Origin: Archaeoglobus sp. JdFR-37
GTDB taxonomy: Archaea > Halobacteriota > Archaeoglobi > Archaeoglobales > Archaeoglobaceae
Direction of reading: 5' to 3'
Length of the DNA: 64,000 bases
Assembly (NCBI GenBank): GCA_002010215.1
Contig: MTMY01000047.1
Span: forward strand, 1 to 64,000
The notes beneath the pieces were generated by a model. The model did not search any database and was not told the DNA's origin. It saw nothing but the letters and a program-made list of their open reading frames with translations. Below are positions 7,778-17,782 of this stretch, piece after piece. The translations under genes were made by a program, and so were the position numbers. The first letter of the stretch is position 1. The number at the start of each line of letters is the position of its first letter.

Positions 7778-9916
7778 TTAGTGTAGAATTCTCATAGCAT
7801 TAAATACAGCTATCAGAGTAACACCGATGTCTGCAAATACTGCCTCCCACATGGTTGCCACCCCAAGAGACCCCAGAATGATGAAGAAACCCTTAACGGT
7901 CAGAGCAAACCCTATGTTCTGCCAGACTATATGCTGGGTTCGCCTTGCTATTCTGATGGATTTTGGTACTTTTGATGGCATATCGTCCATTATAACAACA
8001 TCTGCCACCTCTATTGCAGCTTCACTTCCAAGCCCACCCATGGCTATTCCAACGTCTGCTCTCGCAATAACGGGGGCATCATTTATTCCATCTCCAGCAA
8101 AGGCAACTCTACCGTTTCTACCTTTAAGCCCCTCTACAACCCTCACTTTATCTTCAGGCAGGAGTTCAGCATAGTATTCATCCACTTCAAGCTTATCTGC
8201 CACCTTCTCTGCAATCTCCCTGCTATCTCCTGTAACCATGACAACCCTACAGCCAAGCCTTTTCAGCTCATCCACTGCTTTCCTCGCATCCTCTTTCAGC
8301 TGATCCGCCACAATAATGTAGCCTGCATAAATTCCATTTACTGCAACATGAACAATAGTCCCTTCAACATCACATGAATCGTGCTCTATGTCCATTTCAT
8401 GCATCAGGGCATCGTTACCCACAATTATTGAATAGCCATTGATCTCTGCTCTTACGCCTCTGCCAGATATCTCTTCGTAGCTTTTGACCGAGTAATTTGG
8501 GTAACTTTTAACTGAACTGTCAACCTCTCCAGAATCACCTTCTCTCCAACTTATCTCGTCCTTCTCGTAAGCCTCCACTATTGATCTGGCGATGGGATGG
8601 TTGGAGTGCATTTCCGCAAGAGCGGCGTATCTAAGCACATCCTCCTGGCTAAATCCGTTCTTCGCCACTACCTCTGCAACCCTGAAATTTCCCTTGGTAA
8701 GCGTCCCTGTCTTATCGAAGGCGACGATTCCAGCTGAACTGAGAACGTCGATGAAATTCGCTCCTTTTACAAGTATCCCTTCCCTTGCTGCCTTCCCAAT
8801 TGATGCAAAGTAGCTCAGGGGAACTGAGAGGACGAGAGCACAGGGGCAAGAGATAACAAGCAGAACTAAAGCTCGATAAATCCAGGGTGTAAAAGGTTCA
8901 CCAAGCATTACAGGTGGGATTAACGCAACAGAAGAAGCAAGAGCTATGACCGCGGGGGTATAATAGCGGGCGAAGCGGGTTATGAACTTCTCCGCCATCG
9001 CTTTTCTGCTGCCTGCTTCTTCCACAAGCTGGAGGATTCTTGAGACTGTTGAGTCGCTGAATGGCTTTGTCACTCTCACCGTGATCAGACCACCCATGTT
9101 CACCATGCCTGAAAGAACTTCATCTCCTTCAGCAACACTTCTCGGTTCTGATTCTCCTGTTAAAGCGGATGTATCGACCGCTGAGGAGCCTTCAATGACC
9201 ATTCCGTCAAGAGGTATTTTCTCTCCTGGCCTTACAACAATGATGTCTCCAACCTTCACTTCTTCCGGCTTGACTTTGATGATGTCTCCATCAACCCTGA
9301 GATTTGCGTAGGTGGGCTTTATTTCCAGCAATGCCTTTATCGACCTACGGGATTTCCCTACTGCCAAATCCTGGAAGAACTCCCCAATTCTGAAGAAGAG
9401 CATCACACCGACAGCCTCAGGCATCTCATGAATTGCAATGGCTCCAATCGTCGCAATACTCATCAGGAAGTTCTCGTCAAATATGGCTCCTTTTGTGATG
9501 TTTCTGCCAGCTTTCCAGAGTATTCTCCAACCGGCAATCAGATAAGCTGAAAAGAACAGGCTATATTCGGCTAAGGGTAGAGAGTGAAGAGTCTCACCTA
9601 AGAATATTCCAGTTAAAAATAAGGCTGAAGATGCAATAATTGAGATCAGATCTTTTTTAGGGTCCTCTCCATCTTCTCTACCTTTATCGACATGAAAACC
9701 ACCAAAGTCATCGTGCTCAACCTCCACCTCTGGCTCAACTTTTTTGATGGTTTCCACAACTTTATCAATATCTTCAGCATCCACAACAAGCTCAGAGGTG
9801 GAGAAGTTTACAGCAGCAAATTTTACTCCTTCCTGTTTTTTCAACTCTTCCTCAATCTTGACCGCACAGGTTGCACAATCAAGACCCTTCAGCTTGTACC
9901 TCTTTATTCCCTTCAC
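7778..9916 (-). CDS. cadA: Heavy-metal (Zn/Cd) translocating P1B-type ATPase
   Basis: HMA domain GLDCATC, TGES, SCPCAL, DKTGTLT, GDGINDAP. Confidence 0.92.
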   Translation of the reverse strand: MKGIKRYKLKGLDCATCAVKIEEELKKQEGVKFAAVNFSTSELVVDAEDIDKVVETIKKVEPEVEVEHDDFGGFHVDKGREDGEDPKKDLISIIASSALFLTGIFLGETLHSLPLAEYSLFFSAYLIAGWRILWKAGRNITKGAIFDENFLMSIATIGAIAIHEMPEAVGVMLFFRIGEFFQDLAVGKSRRSIKALLEIKPTYANLRVDGDIIKVKPEEVKVGDIIVVRPGEKIPLDGMVIEGSSAVDTSALTGESEPRSVAEGDEVLSGMVNMGGLITVRVTKPFSDSTVSRILQLVEEAGSRKAMAEKFITRFARYYTPAVIALASSVALIPPVMLGEPFTPWIYRALVLLVISCPCALVLSVPLSYFASIGKAAREGILVKGANFIDVLSSAGIVAFDKTGTLTKGNFRVAEVVAKNGFSQEDVLRYAALAEMHSNHPIARSIVEAYEKDEISWREGDSGEVDSSVKSYPNYSVKSYEEISGRGVRAEINGYSIIVGNDALMHEMDIEHDSCDVEGTIVHVAVNGIYAGYIIVADQLKEDARKAVDELKRLGCRVVMVTGDSREIAEKVADKLEVDEYYAELLPEDKVRVVEGLKGRNGRVAFAGDGINDAPVIARADVGIAMGGLGSEAAIEVADVVIMDDMPSKVPKSIRIARRTQHIVWQNIGFALTVKGFFIILGSLGVATMWEAVFADIGVTLIAVFNAMRILH

Positions 9917-9922
9917 TTACTC

Positions 9923-10306
9923 TCACCTGGTTTCACGTTCCTCTCCAATATGCTCCAGAGCTATGTCAAGAATAGCAGCCACATGTTCATCGTCGAGACT
10001 GTAATAAACATTTCTGCCCTTCCTCCTGTATTTCACCAGCTTTTTGTCCCTCAAAACTCTGAGCTGATGAGATACTGCTGAGACGGATAAGCCTGTAATT
10101 GTGGAAATATCGCAGGTGCAGAGTTCATGCCTGGACAAAGCGAGAAGTATCTTGATGCGAGAAGAATCGCCGAATGCCTCTAGAAATTCCGCCAGTTCCA
10201 CTATACGCTCATCTGATGGCAGGCTTGAGGTTACTGTCTCTAGATATTCCCCTGTGCTTCCTCCTTTGCACACTGGTACTCTCTCACTTTTCTCACTTTT
10301 TTCCAT
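9923..10306 (-). CDS. ArsR/SmtB (CadC-like) metal-sensing repressor
   Basis: ELCTCDI, SAVSHQLRVLR, YYSLDDEHV; likely start is the ATG at 10306. Confidence 0.88.
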   Translation of the reverse strand: MEKSEKSERVPVCKGGSTGEYLETVTSSLPSDERIVELAEFLEAFGDSSRIKILLALSRHELCTCDISTITGLSVSAVSHQLRVLRDKKLVKYRRKGRNVYYSLDDEHVAAILDIALEHIGEERETR

Positions 10307-10328
10307 ATTTGAACAATTGCTCAAATAT
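10305..10328. promoter_or_regulatory. SmtB/CadC-type operator overlapping the repressor start codon
   Basis: ATATTTGAACAATTGCTCAAATAT, a 24-nt palindrome with one mismatched pair, just downstream of a minus-strand TTATATA box. Confidence 0.75.
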
Positions 10329-10445
10329 AGTATATAATGGTTTCGGGAGTGAAGTCGTCAATTTGATGAAGCTCGGGGGTGGCAGAGGAGCAGGGTGGGT
10401 GGGATTAAAAAATAGTGACTGTTTAGAAGTTACAGTAGCAATCCC

Positions 10446-11435
<990 letters not shown>

Positions 11436-11468
11436 TCAAGTCATTTTTGGATTCTAATCGCTCTTGAA

Positions 11469-11633
11469 TTATCTCTTGAATTCTGTATATCCGCACTTGC
11501 CGCAGCTTCTTCTATCCTTGTGCTCAGCCAAGAAGACACCTTCGCCACATCTTGGACAGAACTTCTTTTTCCTCACAACGGTGTCTCCCTTTATCTCGTA
11601 GAATGAAGAGACCTTAACCTCCGACTTGCCCAT
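11469..11633 (-). CDS. rps27ae: 30S ribosomal protein S27ae (not in ORF track)
   Basis: [54 protein letters not shown]; follows rps24e. Confidence 0.95.
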   Translation of the reverse strand: MGKSEVKVSSFYEIKGDTVVRKKKFCPRCGEGVFLAEHKDRRSCGKCGYTEFKR

Positions 11634-11963
11634 TTACGCTCCCCCCTCACTTTCTTGCCCTTCAGATTCAGCGGATTCAGTAGATTCGAAATTCCTTTTG
11701 ATGATATAGTCTTCTTCTACTGCCCTCAGGTCTTCAGGAGTCTCGTAGATCCTTGCATAACAGTATGCTTCGCTCTTCCCGAATTCGGGCTTGATCCACT
11801 CTATAACAATTCTGTCCGCATCCACTGCAAAAAGACCTGAAAGCTTCTGCCTCACAGCCTGTCTTGAAGGAGTTACTCCTTCCTCTTCATATTTCAACCT
11901 GAAATAGACCTCTTTTCTTTTCAGCAACGGGTTATCCTTCTCTTTCTCAACGAGGATCTCCAT
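11634..11963 (-). CDS. rps24e: 30S ribosomal protein S24e
   Basis: NPLLKRKEV, TPSR, FG...YARIY. Confidence 0.95.
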   Translation of the reverse strand: MEILVEKEKDNPLLKRKEVYFRLKYEEEGVTPSRQAVRQKLSGLFAVDADRIVIEWIKPEFGKSEAYCYARIYETPEDLRAVEEDYIIKRNFESTESAESEGQESEGGA

Positions 11964-11967
11964 TCAA

Positions 11968-12549
11968 TCACCTCCCAGCATGGGTTCTGATTATGTTTAT
12001 AATTTCTTCCCCTCTCTCTCCTTTTTCCATCTTCTGCAAAACATCCAGTATTAGAAGCTTTTTGTCACGGGTGATTTCGAGGGCGATTACACCCCTGCCC
12101 GGCATCCCGTAAAGTATTACAGAATTTTCGGGCAGGATTGCGATGAGAGGCATGGTTGCAAGGTCTTCCTCTCCTCTCACAAAAATCTTTACTCTCTCCC
12201 CTCTTTCAGCAGTACTAACAGCTTCAACCAGCCCCTCAACCAGTTCCAGGCTTATGACAGCTTGGGGATTGGACACTTCAATTTCAGCATAATTTTCTGT
12301 TAGTGAATTTATCTTTTCCAGAAACTCTTGGTCGACTTCTTCTCTTTTGGTTTTCGCGTCGAAGATTACGATGTCTGGTTCAATGCTTGCCTTCAACGCA
12401 AAATAGCTCACAACATCTCCGACACATGCTATCAGCCTGGCCTCCTTCACTTCCTCAATCTGTTTGTAAAGTTCCTCCCCGCTCCCCTCGTAAAGCTTTC
12501 CATGGGGTTTTCCAAAATATTCTCTAAGCGATTCAGGAAGCTTTATCAA
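11968..12549 (-). CDS. GTP-dependent dephospho-CoA kinase (DUF359)
   Basis: VGDVVS, D.KTKR, GEEDL, YGMPG; conserved position between spt4 and rps24e. Confidence 0.85.
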   Translation of the reverse strand: MIKLPESLREYFGKPHGKLYEGSGEELYKQIEEVKEARLIACVGDVVSYFALKASIEPDIVIFDAKTKREEVDQEFLEKINSLTENYAEIEVSNPQAVISLELVEGLVEAVSTAERGERVKIFVRGEEDLATMPLIAILPENSVILYGMPGRGVIALEITRDKKLLILDVLQKMEKGERGEEIINIIRTHAGR

Positions 12550-12550
12550 A

Positions 12551-12739
12551 TCAGCCCACCCTCAGTGCGTATTTGCCGGGATACTTCACTCCAAGCTTTT
12601 GAGCTATCTGGCTTTTCTCGGGATCAACAATGACGATGTATCCGTACCACTCCTTGGTAAGCTCGCTGCTTCCGCAAACCCGGCAAATGGTTGCATCCAT
12701 ATTTATATACTTGCACTTTCTGCATGCCAGCTCAGTCAT
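12551..12739 (-). CDS. spt4: Transcription elongation factor Spt4 (RpoE'')
   Basis: ACRKC...CRVCGS...W.G..VIVDPEKS.IA...PGKYAL. Confidence 0.93.
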   Translation of the reverse strand: MTELACRKCKYINMDATICRVCGSSELTKEWYGYIVIVDPEKSQIAQKLGVKYPGKYALRVG

Positions 12740-13314
12740 TGAGTGGCCTCCTCCTTGACCTTCTTAATCTCCTCCTCAAGCCACTTGATTGCACCAAGCC
12801 AGGGCTGGCGCATAGTCAGACCAATCTTGCTTCTCTCAGGCTCTCTCTCCTTTAGACTTAAAGCCACAATTCTGGCCCTGACAGCATCTCCCTCTTCAAG
12901 CACCTTCTTCGTCTCTTTGCCCACCAACCTCTTGCCCTTCTCGTCATAGACCATGTAATCATCTGTAATCTGGCTCATGTGGAGAAGCGCGTCCAGCGGG
13001 CCAATGGAAACAAAAGCTCCGAATTCTACGATTTCCACAACTTCACCTTCAATAACCTCTTGAAGAAGGGGCTTGAAGGTTATTGCAGAAAAAACCACAT
13101 CAAAGTAAATGGCTCCATCACCCTCGATTATCCTGCCCTCACCAATCTCGTCTATACTCTCAATTCCCACTATCATTCCATACTCTCTGTCCAGTTTTCC
13201 TTCAAACTGCTCCCAGAGCAGATCATTTATCACTTCATTCAGGTCTTCTCCCAGCCTCGTAGGAGGTACCCTCACCGTATCTCGTACCCTCATCCTCGCA
13301 TACATGAGCATCAC
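12736..13314 (-). CDS. rpoE1: RNA polymerase subunit E' (Rpo7)
   Basis: VRVPP, GDGA, S1 domain FGAFV..GP.DALLHMSQI, KIGLTMRQP.LG. Confidence 0.95.
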   Translation of the reverse strand: MMLMYARMRVRDTVRVPPTRLGEDLNEVINDLLWEQFEGKLDREYGMIVGIESIDEIGEGRIIEGDGAIYFDVVFSAITFKPLLQEVIEGEVVEIVEFGAFVSIGPLDALLHMSQITDDYMVYDEKGKRLVGKETKKVLEEGDAVRARIVALSLKEREPERSKIGLTMRQPWLGAIKWLEEEIKKVKEEATQ

Positions 13315-13416
13315 CAGAAGAATGCATGAGGAGACGGAGAGCTGGCAATATAAATTTAACCTTCATTTAACCATTCCGGTACGAAATTTTATATTGACAC
13401 CTATCCAACATCTATC

Positions 13417-14205
13417 ATGGAAGACTATTTCATTTCTGACGGGTTGAGGCTGAGATATCTGGATGTGGGAGACGAATCAAAGGGTGACCCCGTCATACTG
13501 GTTCACGGGCTTGGAGAGAGGATTGAGGGTTGGAAGTTTCAGATTGAGGAATTCTCAAAACATTTCAGGGTTCTAGCTCTGGATTTGCGTGGATTTGGTG
13601 AATCGGAAATTCCGGCAGAATTCATCGGAGCTGAGGACTTTGCCAGAGATATTTTCAACCTGATGGAACATGCGGAGATAAAGCAAGCTCATCTCCTTGG
13701 CCTTTCCATGGGCGGTATTGCATGTCTCGCATTCTATAAGCTTTATCCTGAGAAAGTCAAATCCTTCATTCTCGCCGATACAACCGCTTACTTTCCTGAA
13801 GAGTTTCAGGGGGCTCTTGCAGAAAGGCTCAGGTTGATGGATGAGATGGGGATGGAGGGGATAGCAGCAGCAATAGCAGAACTTTCGATTCACAAAGACG
13901 ATCCTGAGCTCAAAAAGCTTGTTAGAGACATTATCGCCCAGAATGATCTGAACTTTTACAGAAAAGTTACAGTGGAGCTTGCCAAAGCCGATTACAGGGA
14001 TTTGCTTCCAAGAATAAACGTTCCAACCCTTGTGATTGTTGGGGAATTCGATGTCACAACACCTCCTGAACTATCCAGATACCTGGCCGAAAAGATTCCT
14101 GGAGCAGAGCTGAAAATAGTAGCCAATTCCGCCCATCTGGCAAAACTGGAAAATCCGGAGGAATTTAACACCCACATACTTGATTTCTTGAAGAGGGTGG
14201 CGTGA
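13417..14205 (+). CDS. Alpha/beta hydrolase (PcaD-like)
   Basis: VHGLG, DLRGFG, GLSMGG, D and H catalytic positions. Confidence 0.85.
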   Translation: MEDYFISDGLRLRYLDVGDESKGDPVILVHGLGERIEGWKFQIEEFSKHFRVLALDLRGFGESEIPAEFIGAEDFARDIFNLMEHAEIKQAHLLGLSMGGIACLAFYKLYPEKVKSFILADTTAYFPEEFQGALAERLRLMDEMGMEGIAAAIAELSIHKDDPELKKLVRDIIAQNDLNFYRKVTVELAKADYRDLLPRINVPTLVIVGEFDVTTPPELSRYLAEKIPGAELKIVANSAHLAKLENPEEFNTHILDFLKRVA

Positions 14206-14349
14206 GTTGTGCTGAGTTTGGAAGTGTGCCTGAAACTGTATCTGGTTCTCCGATTCTAAGACTGTATGAATAATCCCGTACTAAAATCCTTAAGCAGAAC
14301 TCAAATCCCAAGCAAACCCTTATAATCTCCTATTCAGATTTTTAGTTGG

Positions 14350-15876
14350 ATGGAGCCAGTTGAGTCAGTGGAGAAATACAGACCGCTGTGGGTGGAAAAA
14401 TACAGACCGCAGACGCTGAAGGATGTTGTTGCAGATAAGACCATCATCGAAAAGGTGACTGCTTGGGCCAAGAAATGGCAGAGTGGTGGAATCCAGAAAC
14501 CTCTCCTCTTTGGTGGCCCGCCGGGGATTGGGAAGACAAGCTTGGCTTTAGCTCTAGCAAACACCTTTGGTTGGGAAGCTGTGGAGCTCAACGCCAGTGA
14601 TCAGCGGAACTGGCAGATAATAAACAGAATAGTTGGAGAAGGAGCCTTTAATCAGACTATAAGCGATGAGGGTGAATTTCTGTCAACTGAAGCCGGGAAG
14701 TTGAAGCTGATAATTCTAGATGAGGTGGATAACATCCACAAAAAGGAGGATGCCGGAGGTGAAGGGGCTCTTATCCGACTGCTCAAAAAAAGGCCAAGAC
14801 AGCCCATCATTCTGATAGCAAACGACCCCTATGCTCTTTCTCCAGAGCTCAGAAATTTGTGCGACATGGTGAACTTCAAGAGACTGGATATAAGAAGGAT
14901 TGTTAAGGTTTTGGAGAAAATATGTTCTGCTGAGGGAGTAAAGGCCGATAAGAAGGTGCTGGAGGCAATTGTCAGAAATGCTGGCGGAGATTTAAGAGCA
15001 GCAATAAACGATTTGCAGGCCATAGCTGAGGGAAGAGAAGAGATAAAGATAGATGATGTGGTGATTGCAAAAAGAACCCAGGAGAGTGATGTTTTCAAGG
15101 TTATGCAGAAAATTTTCAAGACCTATTCTACGGCAGTTCACAATGAAGCCATGCTTTTGGACGAATCGCCAGACGACCTGATAATGTGGGTTGATGAGAA
15201 CCTTCCCAGAGAATACATAGGGGAAGATCTGCTAATGGGCTACAAAGTCCTCTCCAGGGCAGATATATTTCTTGGCAGGGTTAGAAGGAGGCAGTTCTAC
15301 AGGATGTGGAAGTATGCAAGCTATCTGATGACTGTAGGTGTTCAGCAGAGTAAGCGGGAAATCAGGAAGGGTTTTACGCGATACCAGCGCCCGTCTACTT
15401 GGCAGATGCTGTTCAGGACTAGATCTATGAGGGAGAGACTGAAAAGCATCCTTACTAAAATCTCCCGTTACTCGCACCTTTCTACCAAGAAAGCATATTC
15501 TGAGATGTATTTCCTTTTGAGAAAACTTATTTCTGAAGCTGAAATACCTGTTGCCGCATCTATTTCAGCTTTTTACGATTTTTCTGAAGAAGATCTTGTT
15601 TTTATGACCGGTGATGAAAAGAGGGCAAAGGAGATAGCAGAATACATTGCGAAGTATGGTCTACACAGGGTGGAGGATGAGAGCTTCTTGTCAACTTTCG
15701 ATAGGAAGGTCGAAGCTGTGGAGGGTGTGGAGGAGGAACTCGAGAGATTTGAAAAGAAAGAAGATGATGAAGAGATGGAAGAAGCTGTTGAACTCAAACA
15801 GGAAGACTCAAAAACCAGAAAAAGAGCCAAAAAAGGCAAGACGAAAGATGCCACTCTGGATACATTCTTCAGTTGA
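14350..15876 (+). CDS. rfcL: Replication factor C large subunit
   Basis: WVEKYRP, GPPGIGKT, ELNASD, LDEVD, GDLRAAINDLQ, C-terminal PIP-like TLDTFF. Confidence 0.95.
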   Translation: MEPVESVEKYRPLWVEKYRPQTLKDVVADKTIIEKVTAWAKKWQSGGIQKPLLFGGPPGIGKTSLALALANTFGWEAVELNASDQRNWQIINRIVGEGAFNQTISDEGEFLSTEAGKLKLIILDEVDNIHKKEDAGGEGALIRLLKKRPRQPIILIANDPYALSPELRNLCDMVNFKRLDIRRIVKVLEKICSAEGVKADKKVLEAIVRNAGGDLRAAINDLQAIAEGREEIKIDDVVIAKRTQESDVFKVMQKIFKTYSTAVHNEAMLLDESPDDLIMWVDENLPREYIGEDLLMGYKVLSRADIFLGRVRRRQFYRMWKYASYLMTVGVQQSKREIRKGFTRYQRPSTWQMLFRTRSMRERLKSILTKISRYSHLSTKKAYSEMYFLLRKLISEAEIPVAASISAFYDFSEEDLVFMTGDEKRAKEIAEYIAKYGLHRVEDESFLSTFDRKVEAVEGVEEELERFEKKEDDEEMEEAVELKQEDSKTRKRAKKGKTKDATLDTFFS

Positions 15877-15927
15877 CTGTATTAATGCAGAGTTTGGTGA
15901 ACTGGGAGGGGATCGTGAGGGATTGAA

Positions 15928-17259
15928 TTGAGCGTGGCTGAGATGGATAAAGCAGACAAGGTGGATGAGAGGGAAAAAAGGGTGGGAATCCAAACTTTCA
16001 TAACTTCTACCCCCGGAATCAATGGTACAATAAAGATAGATCCCTCAGATTTTCACGTGGAGGAAGTAACAAAGCTTAACTTTGCAGATAATGGAAGGTA
16101 TGTCGTTATCAGGGTCAGAAAATACAATTGGGATACTCTCAATTTTGTTAGAGTTCTTTCTAACGCCCTCGGCATAAGCCAGAAGAGGATTGGATATGCT
16201 GGCACCAAGGATAAGAAGGCTGAAACTGTTCAGTATTTCACAATTTACGGTGGTAAAGACCTTCGGAACGTCAAAGCCATTGAAGAGAGGTTAAATAATA
16301 TCAAAATCAAGGATAGCGAAATCGAGGTTCTGGGAGAAAGCAACTCCCACCTTCAGCTTGGTCACCTCATCGGAAACAATTTCAGAATTAAAGTGAGAGG
16401 AATTGGTGATGGAGACAGCATCTCAGCCACCACTGAGGAGCTCACAGAAAAGGGGATTCCGAACTTTTTTGGACTCCAGAGGTTTGGAACCATCAGGTAC
16501 ATTACCCACCAGGTGGGAAAGCTGATACTGTTGGGCGATTTTAAAGAAGCGTTATGGACATACGTTGCCAAGCCTTTTGAGGGTGAGAGAGAGGAGGTTA
16601 GGCAAGTAAGGGGGGAGCTCTGGGAGAGCAGGGATGTAAAGCTTGGTTTGAGAGAACTCCCGAAATATCTGAGGTATGAACGCCTGATGCTTCAGAAGCT
16701 GAGGGAGGGAAAGAGTGAGGAGGAAGCATTGCTGAGCTTGCCAAAGAATCTCAAGATGATGTTCATACATGCCTATCAATCTTACCTTTTTAACAAACTT
16801 CTCAGTCTTCGCATCCAGGAATTTGGAACCCTCAGACACGTTGAAAAAGGGGATTTTGTCGATTTCTTCATGAGGGCTCAAGGATATCTTGTAAACAGGG
16901 AGGATTATACGGAGGTTACCGGGCTCAACTTGAAGAGGATAAGGTTTCTGGTTTCTGAAAGGAGGGCATTTCTCTGTCTTCCATTGCCGGGATACGAAAC
17001 AGAACTGTCTGGATGGTCAGGTGAGAAACTCAAAGAAATTCTTGAAGAAGAGCAGGTTGAGCTTGGGAATTTTAAGAACAAATATGATGAGTTCTCCTCC
17101 AGAGGAAGTTATAGGTGTGCAGAAATACCCTTTGACTTTAGTGTGTTCTCCTTTATACTTAACGAGCTTAACAATCACGCGGAATTCAGCTTTTTCCTGC
17201 CAAAGGGCTGTTACGCCACAGTCTTTCTGAGAGAATATGTGAAGGAGCCACTGGTCTAG
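15928..17259 (+). CDS. truD: tRNA pseudouridine(13) synthase
   Basis: DFHVEE, GYAGTKDK, GNNF, NFFGLQRFG, LPKGCYAT. Confidence 0.93.
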   Translation: MSVAEMDKADKVDEREKRVGIQTFITSTPGINGTIKIDPSDFHVEEVTKLNFADNGRYVVIRVRKYNWDTLNFVRVLSNALGISQKRIGYAGTKDKKAETVQYFTIYGGKDLRNVKAIEERLNNIKIKDSEIEVLGESNSHLQLGHLIGNNFRIKVRGIGDGDSISATTEELTEKGIPNFFGLQRFGTIRYITHQVGKLILLGDFKEALWTYVAKPFEGEREEVRQVRGELWESRDVKLGLRELPKYLRYERLMLQKLREGKSEEEALLSLPKNLKMMFIHAYQSYLFNKLLSLRIQEFGTLRHVEKGDFVDFFMRAQGYLVNREDYTEVTGLNLKRIRFLVSERRAFLCLPLPGYETELSGWSGEKLKEILEEEQVELGNFKNKYDEFSSRGSYRCAEIPFDFSVFSFILNELNNHAEFSFFLPKGCYATVFLREYVKEPLV

Positions 17260-17301
17260 CTTTGGCGGCAGGGTTATATTCTGAACATACTGACTTTATT
17301 C

Positions 17302-17357
17302 GGGCGATGATGAAAGGACCCCGCTGAATTGTGATGAGGGTTTTGAGTTCTGAGCCC
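17302..17357 (+). ncRNA. Box C/D 2'-O-methylation guide sRNA
   Basis: GGGC...GCCC terminal stem; C box ATGATGA 17307-17313, D' CTGA 17324-17327, C' GTGATGA 17331-17337, D CTGA 17350-17353. Confidence 0.85.
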
Positions 17358-17401
17358 TATTTACAAAAATTATTATATATCACGCCACTCTAGCATTACT
17401 T

Positions 17402-17782
17402 ATGAATGAGAAGCAAAGGCTAATGCTTGGCATAGCCGTTATAGGCTTCGTTATACTTGTTTTGGCATCATTTATGGGTAACCTCACACCTTACAAGAGC
17501 GTATCAGAGGTTGTTGCGGCAGGAAAAATGGAAAACGTTCAGGTTAATGGAACAATCGTTCCTGGTTCAACGGTTTATTATTCTGAAAACAACACCCGAA
17601 TTTTTGAGCTAACAGACGGAAAGGCCAAGATGAAGGTTGTTTTTACTGGAGCACTGACGAACTATCAGGAGGGGATTCCGGCAGTTGTCAGGGGTAGCTA
17701 CAAGAATGGAGCATTCTACGCCGAGGAAGTGCTGTTGAAGTGTCCCAGCAAGTATCAGACCATTGAGGAAGAGGGAGAGTAA
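17402..17782 (+). CDS. ccmE: Cytochrome c maturation heme chaperone CcmE (CxxxY variant)
   Basis: N-terminal TM helix, OB-fold, LLKCPSKY. Confidence 0.88.
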   Translation: MNEKQRLMLGIAVIGFVILVLASFMGNLTPYKSVSEVVAAGKMENVQVNGTIVPGSTVYYSENNTRIFELTDGKAKMKVVFTGALTNYQEGIPAVVRGSYKNGAFYAEEVLLKCPSKYQTIEEEGE

